This document shows positions 44,091 to 53,957 of a stretch of 64,000 nucleotides of DNA, in pieces. Location of the stretch: IMG/VR virus record IMGVR_UViG_3300049855_000348, positions 62,001 through 126,000 of that record; one strand, given 5' to 3'. Both the position numbers and the translations under genes were made by a program. Within the stretch, counting starts at the first letter, position 1. Each line of letters begins with the position of its first letter. Under the pieces are notes generated by a model, which searched no databases, had not been told where the DNA came from, and saw only the letters and a program-made list of their open reading frames with translations.

Positions 44091-46310
44091 TCACATGCTC
44101 ACGACGGTACGTTCGGTTTCCGTAGCTTCCCCTGGGGAACCAACCACTCGAATCCGCTGGATGTAGCGTCGGAATGTGGGAACAAATTGGAAAGGAAGGC
44201 CAAGATAGGCTTCCAACTGAACTACCAGGGAACCCTTGACCGTACGTTCGGCATCGCCGTTTTCGACGTTGTGACTGTAGGAACGCAGCCAGAGAGGGAA
44301 GATTTCCTGGGGAACCGGCTGTGCGCCGACGAAATCAAGGGGATAGGCCATCTTCAGGTAGGAGAGGCCACCGTGGTGGTGGAAACGCTGAAGGATGGTA
44401 CCGATGGAGTAACGAAGGTCCTCCTCGAACTCGGCATAGACCTCGACAGCATAGGTCAGCTTCCAAGGAGAAGGCTTCGAGAAACGTGCGGCCCGGCGAG
44501 CCTGTTCCCGAGGTCCATCGTACAGCACACCAACGTAGGATTCTGGTGGGTGGTAGCGGTCACCGTTGTATTCCACCTGCTGAAGACGCAGCGTCACTAC
44601 CGGCTGTTTGGCACGCTCGTTACGCGCATCATCACCCTTCAGAGCTTTGATGGCGCGGATCGCCTTCTCACCACCGGCATACTCGACGCGGAATTCCAGG
44701 GAATGGCTATCATCGCGGGGTGTTTTGATCGTCCGGAACCAGTCAACAAAGGCTTTCTCATACGACAAGAAAGCCGGGATGAAGGGAATCACCTTCTCGT
44801 ATTGTTGAATGGCTGCCATAGCTTCTTCGTCCTCTTCTATGTAGACAGCCTCGGCGATCACAACAGGCGCAGAAATCTTGATCGAAGGGAAACTTACGCT
44901 GGTTGAGGCTGTGCCGGTTGCCGTGCCGGTTGGTGGTGTGACGGTGATGGTGCCGATGTCGCCGTTGCCATGAACGGTGACCAACACGTCGACCGTCGGA
45001 GCGTCCAAGACGACGGTTGCCAGAGATCCGGAGGTATTGGCCGAACCGGTTCCCTGTGCATCAATTGCAACAATTTGAACGGTACCGATGAGTGATGTCG
45101 CCGATGCCCCAGCCGTGGTGTCGGCTGTGGGTGCGGTGACGTTCACCGTGCTCAGGTTGCCAGAGGCGTTTGCAGAGCCTGTGGCGGACGATGTCGGTGC
45201 CGAGGTGGTGATGGTACCAATCGAGACCGAAACGGTCACGCCGGCACTGACAGTGGCCGTTGGGGCGATGACGACGACTGCCGGCAGCGAGGCGGTTCCT
45301 GTACCGTTGCCGGTGCCGGTCACCGTCGGTGAGGTAACCGTTACGGTGCTCAGGTTTCCAGAAGCAACGACGCTGACACTGCCCTGTGCCGTCGGAGCCG
45401 ACACGTTGACGGTGTTGAGGTTGCCGTTTACCGAAGCGGCACCAGTCGCCGATGCCGTCGGAGCGGTGACGGTGACCGTCGATAGCGAAGCAGAGGCAGT
45501 CGCTTTTCCGGTCGCCGATGCCGTCGGTGCGGTGACAGTGACCGTACCAATATCACCCGATGCACTGCCGGTTCCAGTTGTCGACGCCGATGCCGTCGGA
45601 GCGGTGACGGTGACCGTACCGATCGAGGTGTCAGTGTTTGCTGCACCAGTGGCTGAGGCAGTTGGCGTCGAAACGGTGACCGTGCTGATCGAGGCACTGA
45701 CATTCGCAGTGCCCGTCGCCGAAGCGGTCGGAGCCGAGACGGTGACGGTGTTGATTGAGGCATCGACAGCAGCAGCACCCGTCGCCGAAGCGGTTGGCGC
45801 GGTGACAGTGATGGTACCAATCGAAACGTCGACAGCAGTAGATCCAGCAGCCGAGGCGGTCGGGGTCGAGAGAGTGACGGTGCCAATCGAGGCATCAACG
45901 TTTGCGGTACCGGTCGCCGAAGCTGTTGGAGCCGTGACAGTGACGGTACTGATTGAGACATCAGCGATAGCAGATCCAGCAGCCGAAGCTGTTGGTGCGG
46001 TGACGGTGACCGTGCTGATCGAGGTATTGACATTCGCAGCACCGGTCGCCGAGGCTGTTGGAGCCGAGACGGTGACCGTGCTGATCGAAGTATCGACGTT
46101 CGCTGCACCGGTTGCTGAAGCGGTTGGTGCGGTGACGGTGACCGTACCAATCGAAGTATTGACAGCGGCAGATCCAGTCGCCGAAACAGTTGGTGCAGAA
46201 ACTACTACGGTACCGATATTACCAGATGCAACAGCGTCGGTACTGCCACTTCCGAAGAAGTTGCTGGCGAAGTGGTCGCTACCGAAGTGATTCCCATTCA
46301 GATAGCCCAT
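44091..46310 (-). CDS. Thr/Ala/Ser/Val repeat protein fused to a gp15-like tail-terminator domain
   Basis: About 20 x 22-aa repeats (SIGTVTVTAPTASATGAA..); C-terminal P..W.L.Y...VYA...DL.....IL.RF. Confidence 0.65.
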   Translation of the reverse strand: MGYLNGNHFGSDHFASNFFGSGSTDAVASGNIGTVVVSAPTVSATGSAAVNTSIGTVTVTAPTASATGAANVDTSISTVTVSAPTASATGAANVNTSISTVTVTAPTASAAGSAIADVSISTVTVTAPTASATGTANVDASIGTVTLSTPTASAAGSTAVDVSIGTITVTAPTASATGAAAVDASINTVTVSAPTASATGTANVSASISTVTVSTPTASATGAANTDTSIGTVTVTAPTASASTTGTGSASGDIGTVTVTAPTASATGKATASASLSTVTVTAPTASATGAASVNGNLNTVNVSAPTAQGSVSVVASGNLSTVTVTSPTVTGTGNGTGTASLPAVVVIAPTATVSAGVTVSVSIGTITTSAPTSSATGSANASGNLSTVNVTAPTADTTAGASATSLIGTVQIVAIDAQGTGSANTSGSLATVVLDAPTVDVLVTVHGNGDIGTITVTPPTGTATGTASTSVSFPSIKISAPVVIAEAVYIEEDEEAMAAIQQYEKVIPFIPAFLSYEKAFVDWFRTIKTPRDDSHSLEFRVEYAGGEKAIRAIKALKGDDARNERAKQPVVTLRLQQVEYNGDRYHPPESYVGVLYDGPREQARRAARFSKPSPWKLTYAVEVYAEFEEDLRYSIGTILQRFHHHGGLSYLKMAYPLDFVGAQPVPQEIFPLWLRSYSHNVENGDAERTVKGSLVVQLEAYLGLPFQFVPTFRRYIQRIRVVGSPGEATETERTVVSM

Positions 46311-46318
46311 GGACTACC

Positions 46319-47056
46319 TTATGGGGTAAGCGTTACGACTGACCTGTTACCATCGACATCAGCCGTGGTAGCAACACGGTTTGCTGTGTCAGGCATGTTG
46401 CGGAATACAGTCGAGCCAGGACCTCCAGAGGCTTTGCCACACAGAACCGCAGCCATCAGGCGCAGAGTCTGTTTGACGGTGTAGCTGGCTTCAACGCCGT
46501 TGGCGAGATCCAACAAGGAATTGGCAATCGCATCGCGTTCGGTGCTGTCAAGCGTTGCGGTGATCTTTCCACCAGAGAGAGAGGCGGGGAGACGGGCACC
46601 TAGTGCAACCATCAACTCACCAAAGCTGCCAACAGCTTGGAGACCCGAGGTCTGTGCATTCCAAACGGCAACAGCAAGATTTTCTGGGCTGAGTGTCGTG
46701 AATGGAGTGATCGCACAACCGAGGATACCACGCATGAACGGTGTGATGGAAACCACCGAACTCATGCTCATAGAGCACGAACGAGTAGCTGGAGTGCCGA
46801 GTGTGATCGTCTGGACACTGTCCGTCCGCATCACGTACGACATCGAAACTACGCCGGGCTTCTCAGCCCAGATCCACGCCTGTCCTGGTGCATAGCCGAT
46901 CGGCACTGAGGAGTATTGGCTCCACTGTGGATTGATGAATTTATTACGTGACGCACCGGCACCATTCCAGTTCGCACGATCACCAGACAACGTCGATCCA
47001 CCAAGAGACCGGCCAGGGCTCTTGAGCAAAACCGAATAGTTGCCTAGCAGCGGCAT
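46319..47056 (-). CDS. Putative virion structural protein
   Basis: C-terminal T..Q.LRL.AAVL.GK.SG...R..AT.D.DGNR, common in fibre-associated clusters. Confidence 0.65.
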   Translation of the reverse strand: MPLLGNYSVLLKSPGRSLGGSTLSGDRANWNGAGASRNKFINPQWSQYSSVPIGYAPGQAWIWAEKPGVVSMSYVMRTDSVQTITLGTPATRSCSMSMSSVVSITPFMRGILGCAITPFTTLSPENLAVAVWNAQTSGLQAVGSFGELMVALGARLPASLSGGKITATLDSTERDAIANSLLDLANGVEASYTVKQTLRLMAAVLCGKASGGPGSTVFRNMPDTANRVATTADVDGNRSVVTLTP

Positions 47057-47059
47057 GTA

Positions 47060-48214
47060 TTAGCCCCAGCCGAAATCGAGGTGACCGTAGAAGGCGCTGT
47101 TGGTCGGGGTGTTGGCACCGTGGTAAAGCAGCCAGTGCAAGCACGCGCCATCGTACACGCGAGGCAGTGACGGCACCTGATGCATCAGGTCACGCTCAGC
47201 AGCCACACCGATGGTGGTCATCGGCAACGTGAGCAACGGCTTGGCGAGCACAGTCGAGAATTCACCCGACACATACGAGACCGACAAGTTGATCTGATCG
47301 ATCTTCTGGATGCCCGAATCGCCAGCGGCGAGTGGCATGAACGGCCCGTATTTGCCGGCACCGGTACCCGAGTAGAGAATCAGACCGTTTGGAGCAGCCG
47401 TCTTGCCGATCGGCAACGTACCGGGAGTCAGGTTGCCGGTGTTGTTCTGTTCATCGGTGTAGGTGATGCGCAAGTTCGGTGTGGCAGCGCCGAGCGGGGT
47501 GGCGTTGTTGGCAACCATGAATGCCTGCACACCACGACCCGAGGTGTAGCGAGGCAGGACCGAACTAACGGTGTGGGTACCGGTACCAGCGTCGGTGATG
47601 TTGACGGCGGTGCCGGCGACGGCGTTGGCATAGCTGGTGGCGAGCTTGAACGTCAGGTCCGACTGCTTGATGACGAAGTAGTCGGTAGCGAGCGATAAAC
47701 CAGCCGGCAGCGTGGTGGTCGTGGTCAACTGGACACGAGTCAGATTCTCGATGTTGATGTTGGTATGAGTGCAAACATCGGTTGGAGCATCAGCCGTGAA
47801 CGTGCTGAGCGCCGTGAGCGGATTGCTGGTCGCCTGATCACCCGTGGTGGTGGTTGAGGTCACGCGGTAAAAGCCGAGCAGGTCGACGAGCATCAGAACA
47901 GCCGGCATCGTTGTTGCGGCAGCACTGAAACCTGAAGCGTTGAGGATGTGCTTGTAATCCGGCGAGACGTTACCGCCGTGACGAATACCAGCAGCGCCCG
48001 CAACGGCATCGCTCAATTGCTGGAAGGCGAGGTTGGTACCAGCGTTGAGAACGGTATCTGCGGTGGGGTTACCACTGCCACGGCTCAGGCTGTTCCATTC
48101 ACCGGCAACACCTGCCGTGGTTGGCAGCATGTTTTTGTTCCAGTCAGTACGCAAGAATTTGCCGTTGACTGTGATCTCATTGATGAAGTCGTCGAGAGAG
48201 GAGAATCCAGGCAT
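47060..48214 (-). CDS. Putative virion structural protein (paralog of 48218-49072)
   Basis: PRYT.G.GVQ; GPF.PL..GD.G; insert LPAGLS..TDYFV..FKLA. Confidence 0.7.
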   Translation of the reverse strand: MPGFSSLDDFINEITVNGKFLRTDWNKNMLPTTAGVAGEWNSLSRGSGNPTADTVLNAGTNLAFQQLSDAVAGAAGIRHGGNVSPDYKHILNASGFSAAATTMPAVLMLVDLLGFYRVTSTTTTGDQATSNPLTALSTFTADAPTDVCTHTNINIENLTRVQLTTTTTLPAGLSLATDYFVIKQSDLTFKLATSYANAVAGTAVNITDAGTGTHTVSSVLPRYTSGRGVQAFMVANNATPLGAATPNLRITYTDEQNNTGNLTPGTLPIGKTAAPNGLILYSGTGAGKYGPFMPLAAGDSGIQKIDQINLSVSYVSGEFSTVLAKPLLTLPMTTIGVAAERDLMHQVPSLPRVYDGACLHWLLYHGANTPTNSAFYGHLDFGWG

Positions 48215-48217
48215 GGG

Positions 48218-49072
48218 TTAGTTCCAGGTAGTGGAAAGGACACCGTGTAGCGAGACACCAGACAGCGATCCGTTCGGCAGGCAAAGGAGATTGAGATAGG
48301 CGTTGTCGTCAATCTCAGGAAGGAGCGAGCGATCAGTCACATATGATACTTCAACCGGAGCGTCCACGCCGCGCAAAATGAAGGAGGTGAGTGGTTTCAC
48401 GAGGACCAAAGTGAACAAACCGACATCCGAACCAAGCATAGTCACCGATTGGATCGAACGAACGCCGGTGTCACCGTCCTGCAATGGCAGAAATGGTCCA
48501 GCGCAACCATTGGTTGCTGTCGCTGTTGTTGCAATAGCACCGGTGAAAGTAGCAGTATTGAAAGTAACAGCAGGGGTTACTCTTCCAGCAACTCCATCTT
48601 GATTGGTATAGGTGACTGTGAACGACTGACCGCCCGTCTGCGCACCCACGAGAACCGGCAGGATCTGTACGCCTTTCCCGTCGGTGAAACGTGGGATCGG
48701 CACAGTATTATCCATCGTCTGTGGGTCTGTAGTTCCCTGATCAACGAATGGATAATACAGAAGATAATCGCACAAGATCAACGAGAGCGGCAAACCAGTG
48801 CCACTGCTCGATAGGATCATACTCTGCAATAATTTTTTCTTCGCTGGTGTTACCGGTGATCCGTGAAATAGACCTTCATTACCATTCAGAACTGCTGCCA
48901 CCAAAGGCGTGTTGGCGTAATAGTTCGGAATCGGATTGCCCGGTGCCATGCTGAGATCGTACCAAATGCCAGCAACCGTAACGACCGCAGGAGTCTTACG
49001 GAACGAAAACTCCCTAAGTTTTCCGTCCAGAGTTGCATCAACAATGGATTTGAAGTTAGGGAATCCTGCCAC
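48218..49072 (-). CDS. Putative virion structural protein (paralog of 47060-48214)
   Basis: PRFTDGKGVQ; GPFLPLQDGDTGV. Confidence 0.7.
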   Translation of the reverse strand: MAGFPNFKSIVDATLDGKLREFSFRKTPAVVTVAGIWYDLSMAPGNPIPNYYANTPLVAAVLNGNEGLFHGSPVTPAKKKLLQSMILSSSGTGLPLSLILCDYLLYYPFVDQGTTDPQTMDNTVPIPRFTDGKGVQILPVLVGAQTGGQSFTVTYTNQDGVAGRVTPAVTFNTATFTGAIATTATATNGCAGPFLPLQDGDTGVRSIQSVTMLGSDVGLFTLVLVKPLTSFILRGVDAPVEVSYVTDRSLLPEIDDNAYLNLLCLPNGSLSGVSLHGVLSTTWN

Positions 49073-49073
49073 G

Positions 49074-49514
49074 TTAGTCTACCTGGATGGTGAACGTTCC
49101 AGCAGCGATAACGGGCTGAATCGGGGGGACGATCGGAAGGGTGGTCGACAGAGGACCGGACCACAGGATCACACCAGCGCCGGAACTGGCGAGTCCGATG
49201 GATCCGTAGGTCGCAGAGGCACTACCAGCGGTGCATTGACCGAAGGTGATGGCAGCAACGTTCGAGATGGTATCGCCTGAACGAGAGAAACCAGAACCGG
49301 TGCGAGGAATGGCGACACGGGCGTAGCCGGTGTAGGAGACTTCGTTGGTTGACTGGGTGCCTGCTTCACCCGGATCCGCACTGTGCAGTGCGACGTAGAA
49401 GTTGCCTGGAGTTGCTGAGTTCTGAAGACCTGCTGCGTCGCCGACATCGGCCCAGTCGATGTTCAGAAACAGCAGATCGAGAAAGGCTGCTTCCGCAGCA
49501 TTGGACATACTCAT
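49074..49514 (-). CDS. Tail-fibre-associated structural protein
   Basis: FYVALHSADPGE.G....EVSYTGYARVA. Confidence 0.75.
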   Translation of the reverse strand: MSMSNAAEAAFLDLLFLNIDWADVGDAAGLQNSATPGNFYVALHSADPGEAGTQSTNEVSYTGYARVAIPRTGSGFSRSGDTISNVAAITFGQCTAGSASATYGSIGLASSGAGVILWSGPLSTTLPIVPPIQPVIAAGTFTIQVD

Positions 49515-49531
49515 GGCAGTTGGTCCTCAGC

Positions 49532-49951
49532 TTAGTTCTGGAAGCGGAATGGGGTCAGGAAGTTGACGGCGAAGTCACCGAGCGTCGAGACGATATCCGA
49601 GCCGAAGTCGACGTAGGCTACCAGTTCGTCGGCTGATGCCACACCACCACGGCGCTTGTAGATCACGCCGGCACGGGCGGTAATCGTCGCAGCCGGCCAT
49701 GTGGTGCTGGCGAAGGTGATGTCTTCACGATCGTTGGCGGTGTCCTTGGTGACCGTTGCAGCCGTGGCCTTACCACCCGAGGTGTAGCCGGTACCGGTTA
49801 CCTCGTTGGTCACGTCAGACCGCTTCATATGCGTGTCTTTGTTCGGGGTGTAGGCGCTGGTCACCAGCATCAGATAGAACGTGTCCGCATCACAATCGAT
49901 GACACCTCTGACGATATCATCAATGGCTGAGTTGTAGATGAGTGAAGCCAT
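49532..49951 (-). CDS. Conserved phage structural protein
   Basis: Start MASLIYN after GAGG SD; NEV.GTGYT.GG; W...TITAR. Confidence 0.75.
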   Translation of the reverse strand: MASLIYNSAIDDIVRGVIDCDADTFYLMLVTSAYTPNKDTHMKRSDVTNEVTGTGYTSGGKATAATVTKDTANDREDITFASTTWPAATITARAGVIYKRRGGVASADELVAYVDFGSDIVSTLGDFAVNFLTPFRFQN

Positions 49952-50048
49952 AATGTCCTCGTAAGGGTGAACGAGTGCGAAGGTGGATGATCTAGTTACC
50001 CCTATCAATCGACCAATCTGACGGGGCTTTCTTTGGCTACATAGACTT

Positions 50049-50252
50049 ATGCGATACAAAGCGACCCGTGATGTCCCTCTCGGCGGCGGCCACATCGTGG
50101 CTGAGGGGCAGACCGTAGAGCTATCAGCCGGAACCCACATCCCCGGTCTGGAACCCGTCTTGGAGCGGGTACCGAGCGCCAATGCCCTGGAACACCAGAG
50201 CGGTGAGCGCAATCTGGATGCCCCAGGGCGCGGGAAGGTCCTCAAAGGATGA
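50049..50252 (+). CDS. Small hypothetical protein
   Basis: TACATAG motif before the ATG; first gene of the neck operon. Confidence 0.6.
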   Translation: MRYKATRDVPLGGGHIVAEGQTVELSAGTHIPGLEPVLERVPSANALEHQSGERNLDAPGRGKVLKG

Positions 50253-50491
50253 TCTTCGCCCGTTGCAAGCCCAACAAGGCCGGGATCCTGATCCTGGCTG
50301 ACAAACTCCACCGGGTGAAGCCCGGGTGGACTGGGCTTGTGCCACGGGACCTCTATCTGGCCAACTCCTCCTTCCTGGAGCCAGCCGAGGATCGGGCTCA
50401 GGAGGTGCCGAAGGAGGCCGACCCCTTTCGTCGAGGCAGTTGTTTCCATTTTCATGGCCAAGCTGGGTCCTGGTCCGCTCGTGCTGCTTGA
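50249..50491 (+). CDS. Small hypothetical protein
   Basis: ATGA overlap with the upstream gene. Confidence 0.5.
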   Translation: MIFARCKPNKAGILILADKLHRVKPGWTGLVPRDLYLANSSFLEPAEDRAQEVPKEADPFRRGSCFHFHGQAGSWSARAA

Positions 50492-50519
50492 AGACACCGA
50501 CCCTATTCTGGACTGAACC

Positions 50520-51308
50520 ATGACCACCGCGACTGAGACCAATTGCTCGACTTCATCCTGCTCACCAGAGCCGGTGATGAACACGTGCCTGACGCTCAGC
50601 ATCAAGCGGTACATCCTGACCGAGCTTGGCTACCCCAACGTCGAAGTCGAACTCTGCGATGAACACCTTGAGAATGCCATCAAGGACACCATCAGCGACT
50701 TCCTGCGTTTCAATGCCCTCAACCTGACCAAGTATTGGAAGATCACCCTTCAGAACGGTGTCAGCACCTACGATCTGCCATCAGACTTCCGTGTCCTGCG
50801 TGAGGTGGTGACCTTCAAGCTCAGCCAGTTCGATGTGATCTTCGGTGCCGACCTGATCATCAATCCGATCTATCTGCGCAATACCCGTGATGCCTATCAG
50901 GATATCCTGACCTTCTGGCTCAGTGAAGCCGCCTTCGAGACCCAGAAGCGCACCTACGGCCTCAACACGTCCTGGGACATCATCGAAGGCAACAAGAAGA
51001 TCTGCCTGCGTCCATGCCCGTCCTCTGATCGTGTGGCCATCCTCAAAGGCAGCTACCAGCCAGAACCCGGCACGGTTACCGAGCAGACGCTGGGCACCAA
51101 GGATGAACTCTTCCGTCGCATGGCTTTGGCTCGTGCCATGTCCATCCTTGGTCGTATTCGTGGCAAGCGTACCTCCGGCATCAACACCTCCCAAGGTGTG
51201 GTCATGCTCGACGGCCCTGAGCTTCGTGCTGAGGGAGAGAAGATGCTGACCGAAGCTCGGGAAGAACTCAAGAACACCGGTCGTCCTCTTGGCTTCTACG
51301 CGGGGTGA
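50520..51308 (+). CDS. Neck protein (T4 gp13-like)
   Basis: YIL..LGYP.VEVEL.DE....AI; ALA.A..ILGRIRGK; LDG.EL..EG. Confidence 0.85.
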   Translation: MTTATETNCSTSSCSPEPVMNTCLTLSIKRYILTELGYPNVEVELCDEHLENAIKDTISDFLRFNALNLTKYWKITLQNGVSTYDLPSDFRVLREVVTFKLSQFDVIFGADLIINPIYLRNTRDAYQDILTFWLSEAAFETQKRTYGLNTSWDIIEGNKKICLRPCPSSDRVAILKGSYQPEPGTVTEQTLGTKDELFRRMALARAMSILGRIRGKRTSGINTSQGVVMLDGPELRAEGEKMLTEAREELKNTGRPLGFYAG

Positions 51309-51311
51309 ATC

Positions 51312-51545
51312 ATGGATCTCTATAAAGCACTCGTCGAAGCTAGCATGGGCGTGGGAGGCTCCGGTACGGATACCGGTTCAGCCGACGCCGGCACTGGCAT
51401 CCCCGTGAAGAAGCCAGTGCCAGCAAAGAAGATGAAGAAGAACATCGGCGATCGTCTGAAGCTCGGATCACCGGCCAATGCCGGCATGATCGGCACCAAC
51501 ATCGCCATGCCTGGACGCTCTGCCTTTGCCAAGGGTATCGAGTAA
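51312..51545 (+). CDS. Small hypothetical protein
   Basis: Lies between the neck genes; TAATG overlap. Confidence 0.65.
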   Translation: MDLYKALVEASMGVGGSGTDTGSADAGTGIPVKKPVPAKKMKKNIGDRLKLGSPANAGMIGTNIAMPGRSAFAKGIE

Positions 51546-52204
51546 TGGGCAACGACTCCCGCAACAACTTCGAGCCTCCATGCTACATGGACGTTGGCTC
51601 AAAGCTCTTTCCGGAAGCACCGGAAGGACAGGGACTCGATTTGACTGATCCCAACACCCGGGATCAGTCATTGACGAAGCATGTCATTCGTGAAGGGCAG
51701 AAACAGGGCTTCAAGCCGATCTCAATCTGGCTCTTCTCCCATCGTGATGCGATGGGTAATCAACCCGGTGTCGGACCAGTTGGTGCTGCTGGACCCGTTC
51801 GTGACGTGGATGACTTCTACGGCGATGGTGGTGGCGGCAAGATGCGCAACGACAAGTCGGATGCCGCTGGCTCCAACTTCTACAACGAGATGCCGACCAA
51901 GGTCTACTCAGGACCTTTCGAGATTCGTGCTGAGTATATTCCAGTGCAGGCCGAAGCTGTGTTGCTCGATTTCGGCTACGACAAAACCTACAACGATGTC
52001 TTCAATTTCCTGATTGAAGATGCTGTCAAAATTCTCGGTCGAGTTCCCTACAACGGCGATCTGATCCGTCGCTTCGACGGCAAGATCCTGGAGATCGTCA
52101 AGAGCATCGAGATCCAGGCAGAGACATGGCAGTGGATGTACCAGCAGTGCTCGGCCATCAACACCGGCAAGGATGATCGTACGTTCTTCCGGAGTCAGAG
52201 TTGA
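51545..52204 (+). CDS. Neck / head closure protein (T4 gp14-like)
   Basis: FYNE..KVY..P....; L.DFG; P..GDLI; position after the gp13-like gene. Confidence 0.6.
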   Translation: MGNDSRNNFEPPCYMDVGSKLFPEAPEGQGLDLTDPNTRDQSLTKHVIREGQKQGFKPISIWLFSHRDAMGNQPGVGPVGAAGPVRDVDDFYGDGGGGKMRNDKSDAAGSNFYNEMPTKVYSGPFEIRAEYIPVQAEAVLLDFGYDKTYNDVFNFLIEDAVKILGRVPYNGDLIRRFDGKILEIVKSIEIQAETWQWMYQQCSAINTGKDDRTFFRSQS

Positions 52205-52542
52205 AGAACCGCTTCAGTTCAGTCGGTGAGTGGGCACCAAACTTTCACCTACGTGTGAAAGAGTGCGTGAACGACGAGATGATGGAGAAATTCATCAAGC
52301 GGTACATCGAGCGTCTTCAGGAAGATCTCAACCGCATTGCTCAGAACCGAATCGCCGAAGAAGACCTCTCTGAAAATCTCACCTTCGAGGTTGCTCGTTC
52401 AGGTCCGAAAGAGATCGCCATTCGTCCGTCGAACCCAGTGCTGTTCTACAAGCTGGAGTTCGGTGAGTTCAATGCCGATGGTACCCTGAAGACCCCACCA
52501 CACTCGATCATGAAAGAGTGGAAGGCCATCATCAGGGTCTGA
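52201..52542 (+). CDS. Hypothetical, possibly head-tail joining protein
   Basis: LEFG....PP motif; TTG start. Confidence 0.55.
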   Translation: MKNRFSSVGEWAPNFHLRVKECVNDEMMEKFIKRYIERLQEDLNRIAQNRIAEEDLSENLTFEVARSGPKEIAIRPSNPVLFYKLEFGEFNADGTLKTPPHSIMKEWKAIIRV

Positions 52543-52547
52543 ACATG

Positions 52548-52582
52548 AAAGAGCCCTGCCAGGATCACCAGCAGGGCTCTTT
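52548..52582. terminator. Bidirectional terminator between convergent genes
   Basis: AAAGAGCCCTGC...GCAGGGCTCTTT. Confidence 0.8.
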
Positions 52583-52602
52583 GCAGACGATCTGAAGCAG
52601 AA

Positions 52603-52956
52603 TTACTCAGTGACGAGGGTCTTGTCGCCATTGACTCCCAGCGACTTGCGTTCCTCATCACTGAGGCCATCTACTGCCATGGCATTGATGATTGCTCGAC
52701 GTACCCAGGCTTCGGTGATGCTGTGGACAGCATCGTTGACCGCCTGAGCGATGATGTAGACCACCGCTACCAGGATGATGCCGTTGATGGTCAGGGCGAT
52801 GTTCTCGCGGCCAAACCAGATCAGGCAGGCGACGATGGCCAGCATGGACAGCAGCTTCTTGCTGAGCCAACCGGACTTCTTGGGGAGAAGGGAAGAGAAA
52901 CCGGCACCGACCTTGAGGCCGGCGATCTTCTCTTGGAGCTTGGCGATGTCCGACAT
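52603..52956 (-). CDS. Two-TM membrane protein (holin-like)
   Basis: AAAGGA SD; WLSKKLL followed by two hydrophobic segments; YIIAQA..D. Confidence 0.55.
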   Translation of the reverse strand: MSDIAKLQEKIAGLKVGAGFSSLLPKKSGWLSKKLLSMLAIVACLIWFGRENIALTINGIILVAVVYIIAQAVNDAVHSITEAWVRRAIINAMAVDGLSDEERKSLGVNGDKTLVTE

Positions 52957-52966
52957 GACGTTCCTT

Positions 52967-53581
52967 TCAGTAACGTGTTGACAGAGAGATATAAGGAGAC
53001 CAACCAGAACCAGACCGATAATCGGAGAAATAGCCCAGACCGATCCCGAGCCGTTGCCAGAAGGGGGAGACAGTTTGGGAGGGGGCGTAGAAGGAGACTC
53101 CAAGTCCAGCCTGATGAGGGGAAATGAGTAGGTCGGGGGAGATGACACCGTAAGCGTATCGAACGGGCGAATATCTGAGTCCCACGTCAACTCCCACCTC
53201 ACTGTCGGTGGTTCCTCCATGGGTTCTGTCCTCGGCAACTCGAAGTCCAGTCCAAGCACCAAGGTCTGTCCGGTAGTCGCTAAAGTAACGTTTTGCAGTG
53301 TACTTGACGGTCCATCCGTCTTTGGCGTCACGCTGGGTTCGCTCCTGGTAGAGCAGCCCGCCATCGTACACAGAAGTAGACCAAGCAGCACCAGTTGGCG
53401 AGAAGACCTCAAGCACCCCATCAGGCTTGTCATCAGCATTGCGTGACCCCACATAGTCGTTGGCGGTGACCGGGATTGCGACTTGTGTCCCTTTATCGGG
53501 GGCACGACCACCGGACCCAAAATAGACCATGGCGGCGAAAACGCCGAGCACGACAAGGATGAGACCAGGGTGGTTTTCCAC
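52967..53581 (-). CDS. Membrane-anchored protein with beta-rich C-terminus
   Basis: N-terminal TM; alternating aromatic strands ending SLSTRY. Confidence 0.65.
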   Translation of the reverse strand: MENHPGLILVVLGVFAAMVYFGSGGRAPDKGTQVAIPVTANDYVGSRNADDKPDGVLEVFSPTGAAWSTSVYDGGLLYQERTQRDAKDGWTVKYTAKRYFSDYRTDLGAWTGLRVAEDRTHGGTTDSEVGVDVGLRYSPVRYAYGVISPDLLISPHQAGLGVSFYAPSQTVSPFWQRLGIGLGYFSDYRSGSGWSPYISLSTRY

Positions 53582-53603
53582 CCTAGTATGTATCAGGCCA
53601 GCC

Positions 53604-53957
53604 CTACGCCCATTCCTTGTCGAGGTTGATCTTCAAGCGGCGAAGAGCAGCGCAGGCATCACGTTTGGCTGTCAGGCGGCTGTCACGCTGCTTGGCTCCG
53701 CTGATCGGTACGATGTTACCATCGACCATCAGCACACCGAGGTAACATAGAACTTCACCATACTCATCACTTCTCATCTGTTGGATGAAGTCGGCTTCGA
53801 CCACCGGGCGCTTCTTGGCACGAGCGAGAGCACGAACGATGCGCTTGGCTGCCGGTTTCTTTCCTTCTTTCTTCAAGATGTCGACGAGGGTGAGTAGAGC
53901 GGTAGAGACGAATGCGTAGTCCTCTCCCGTGAAGGTGATGCGGACAGGCTGTTTCAT
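53604..53957 (-). CDS. Hypothetical protein
   Basis: ATGA overlap with the upstream gene. Confidence 0.7.
   Translation of the reverse strand: MKQPVRITFTGEDYAFVSTALLTLVDILKKEGKKPAAKRIVRALARAKKRPVVEADFIQQMRSDEYGEVLCYLGVLMVDGNIVPISGAKQRDSRLTAKRDACAALRRLKINLDKEWA

Noticed and set aside
44900-46220. 66-bp periodic repeats as a possible CRISPR array
   Set aside because: They are in-frame coding repeats with synonymous variation and no unique spacers; no cas genes are present.
49952-50614. N-terminal extension of the 360-aa ORF 49532-50614
   Set aside because: Antisense to the neck operon; the SD-led start is at 49951.
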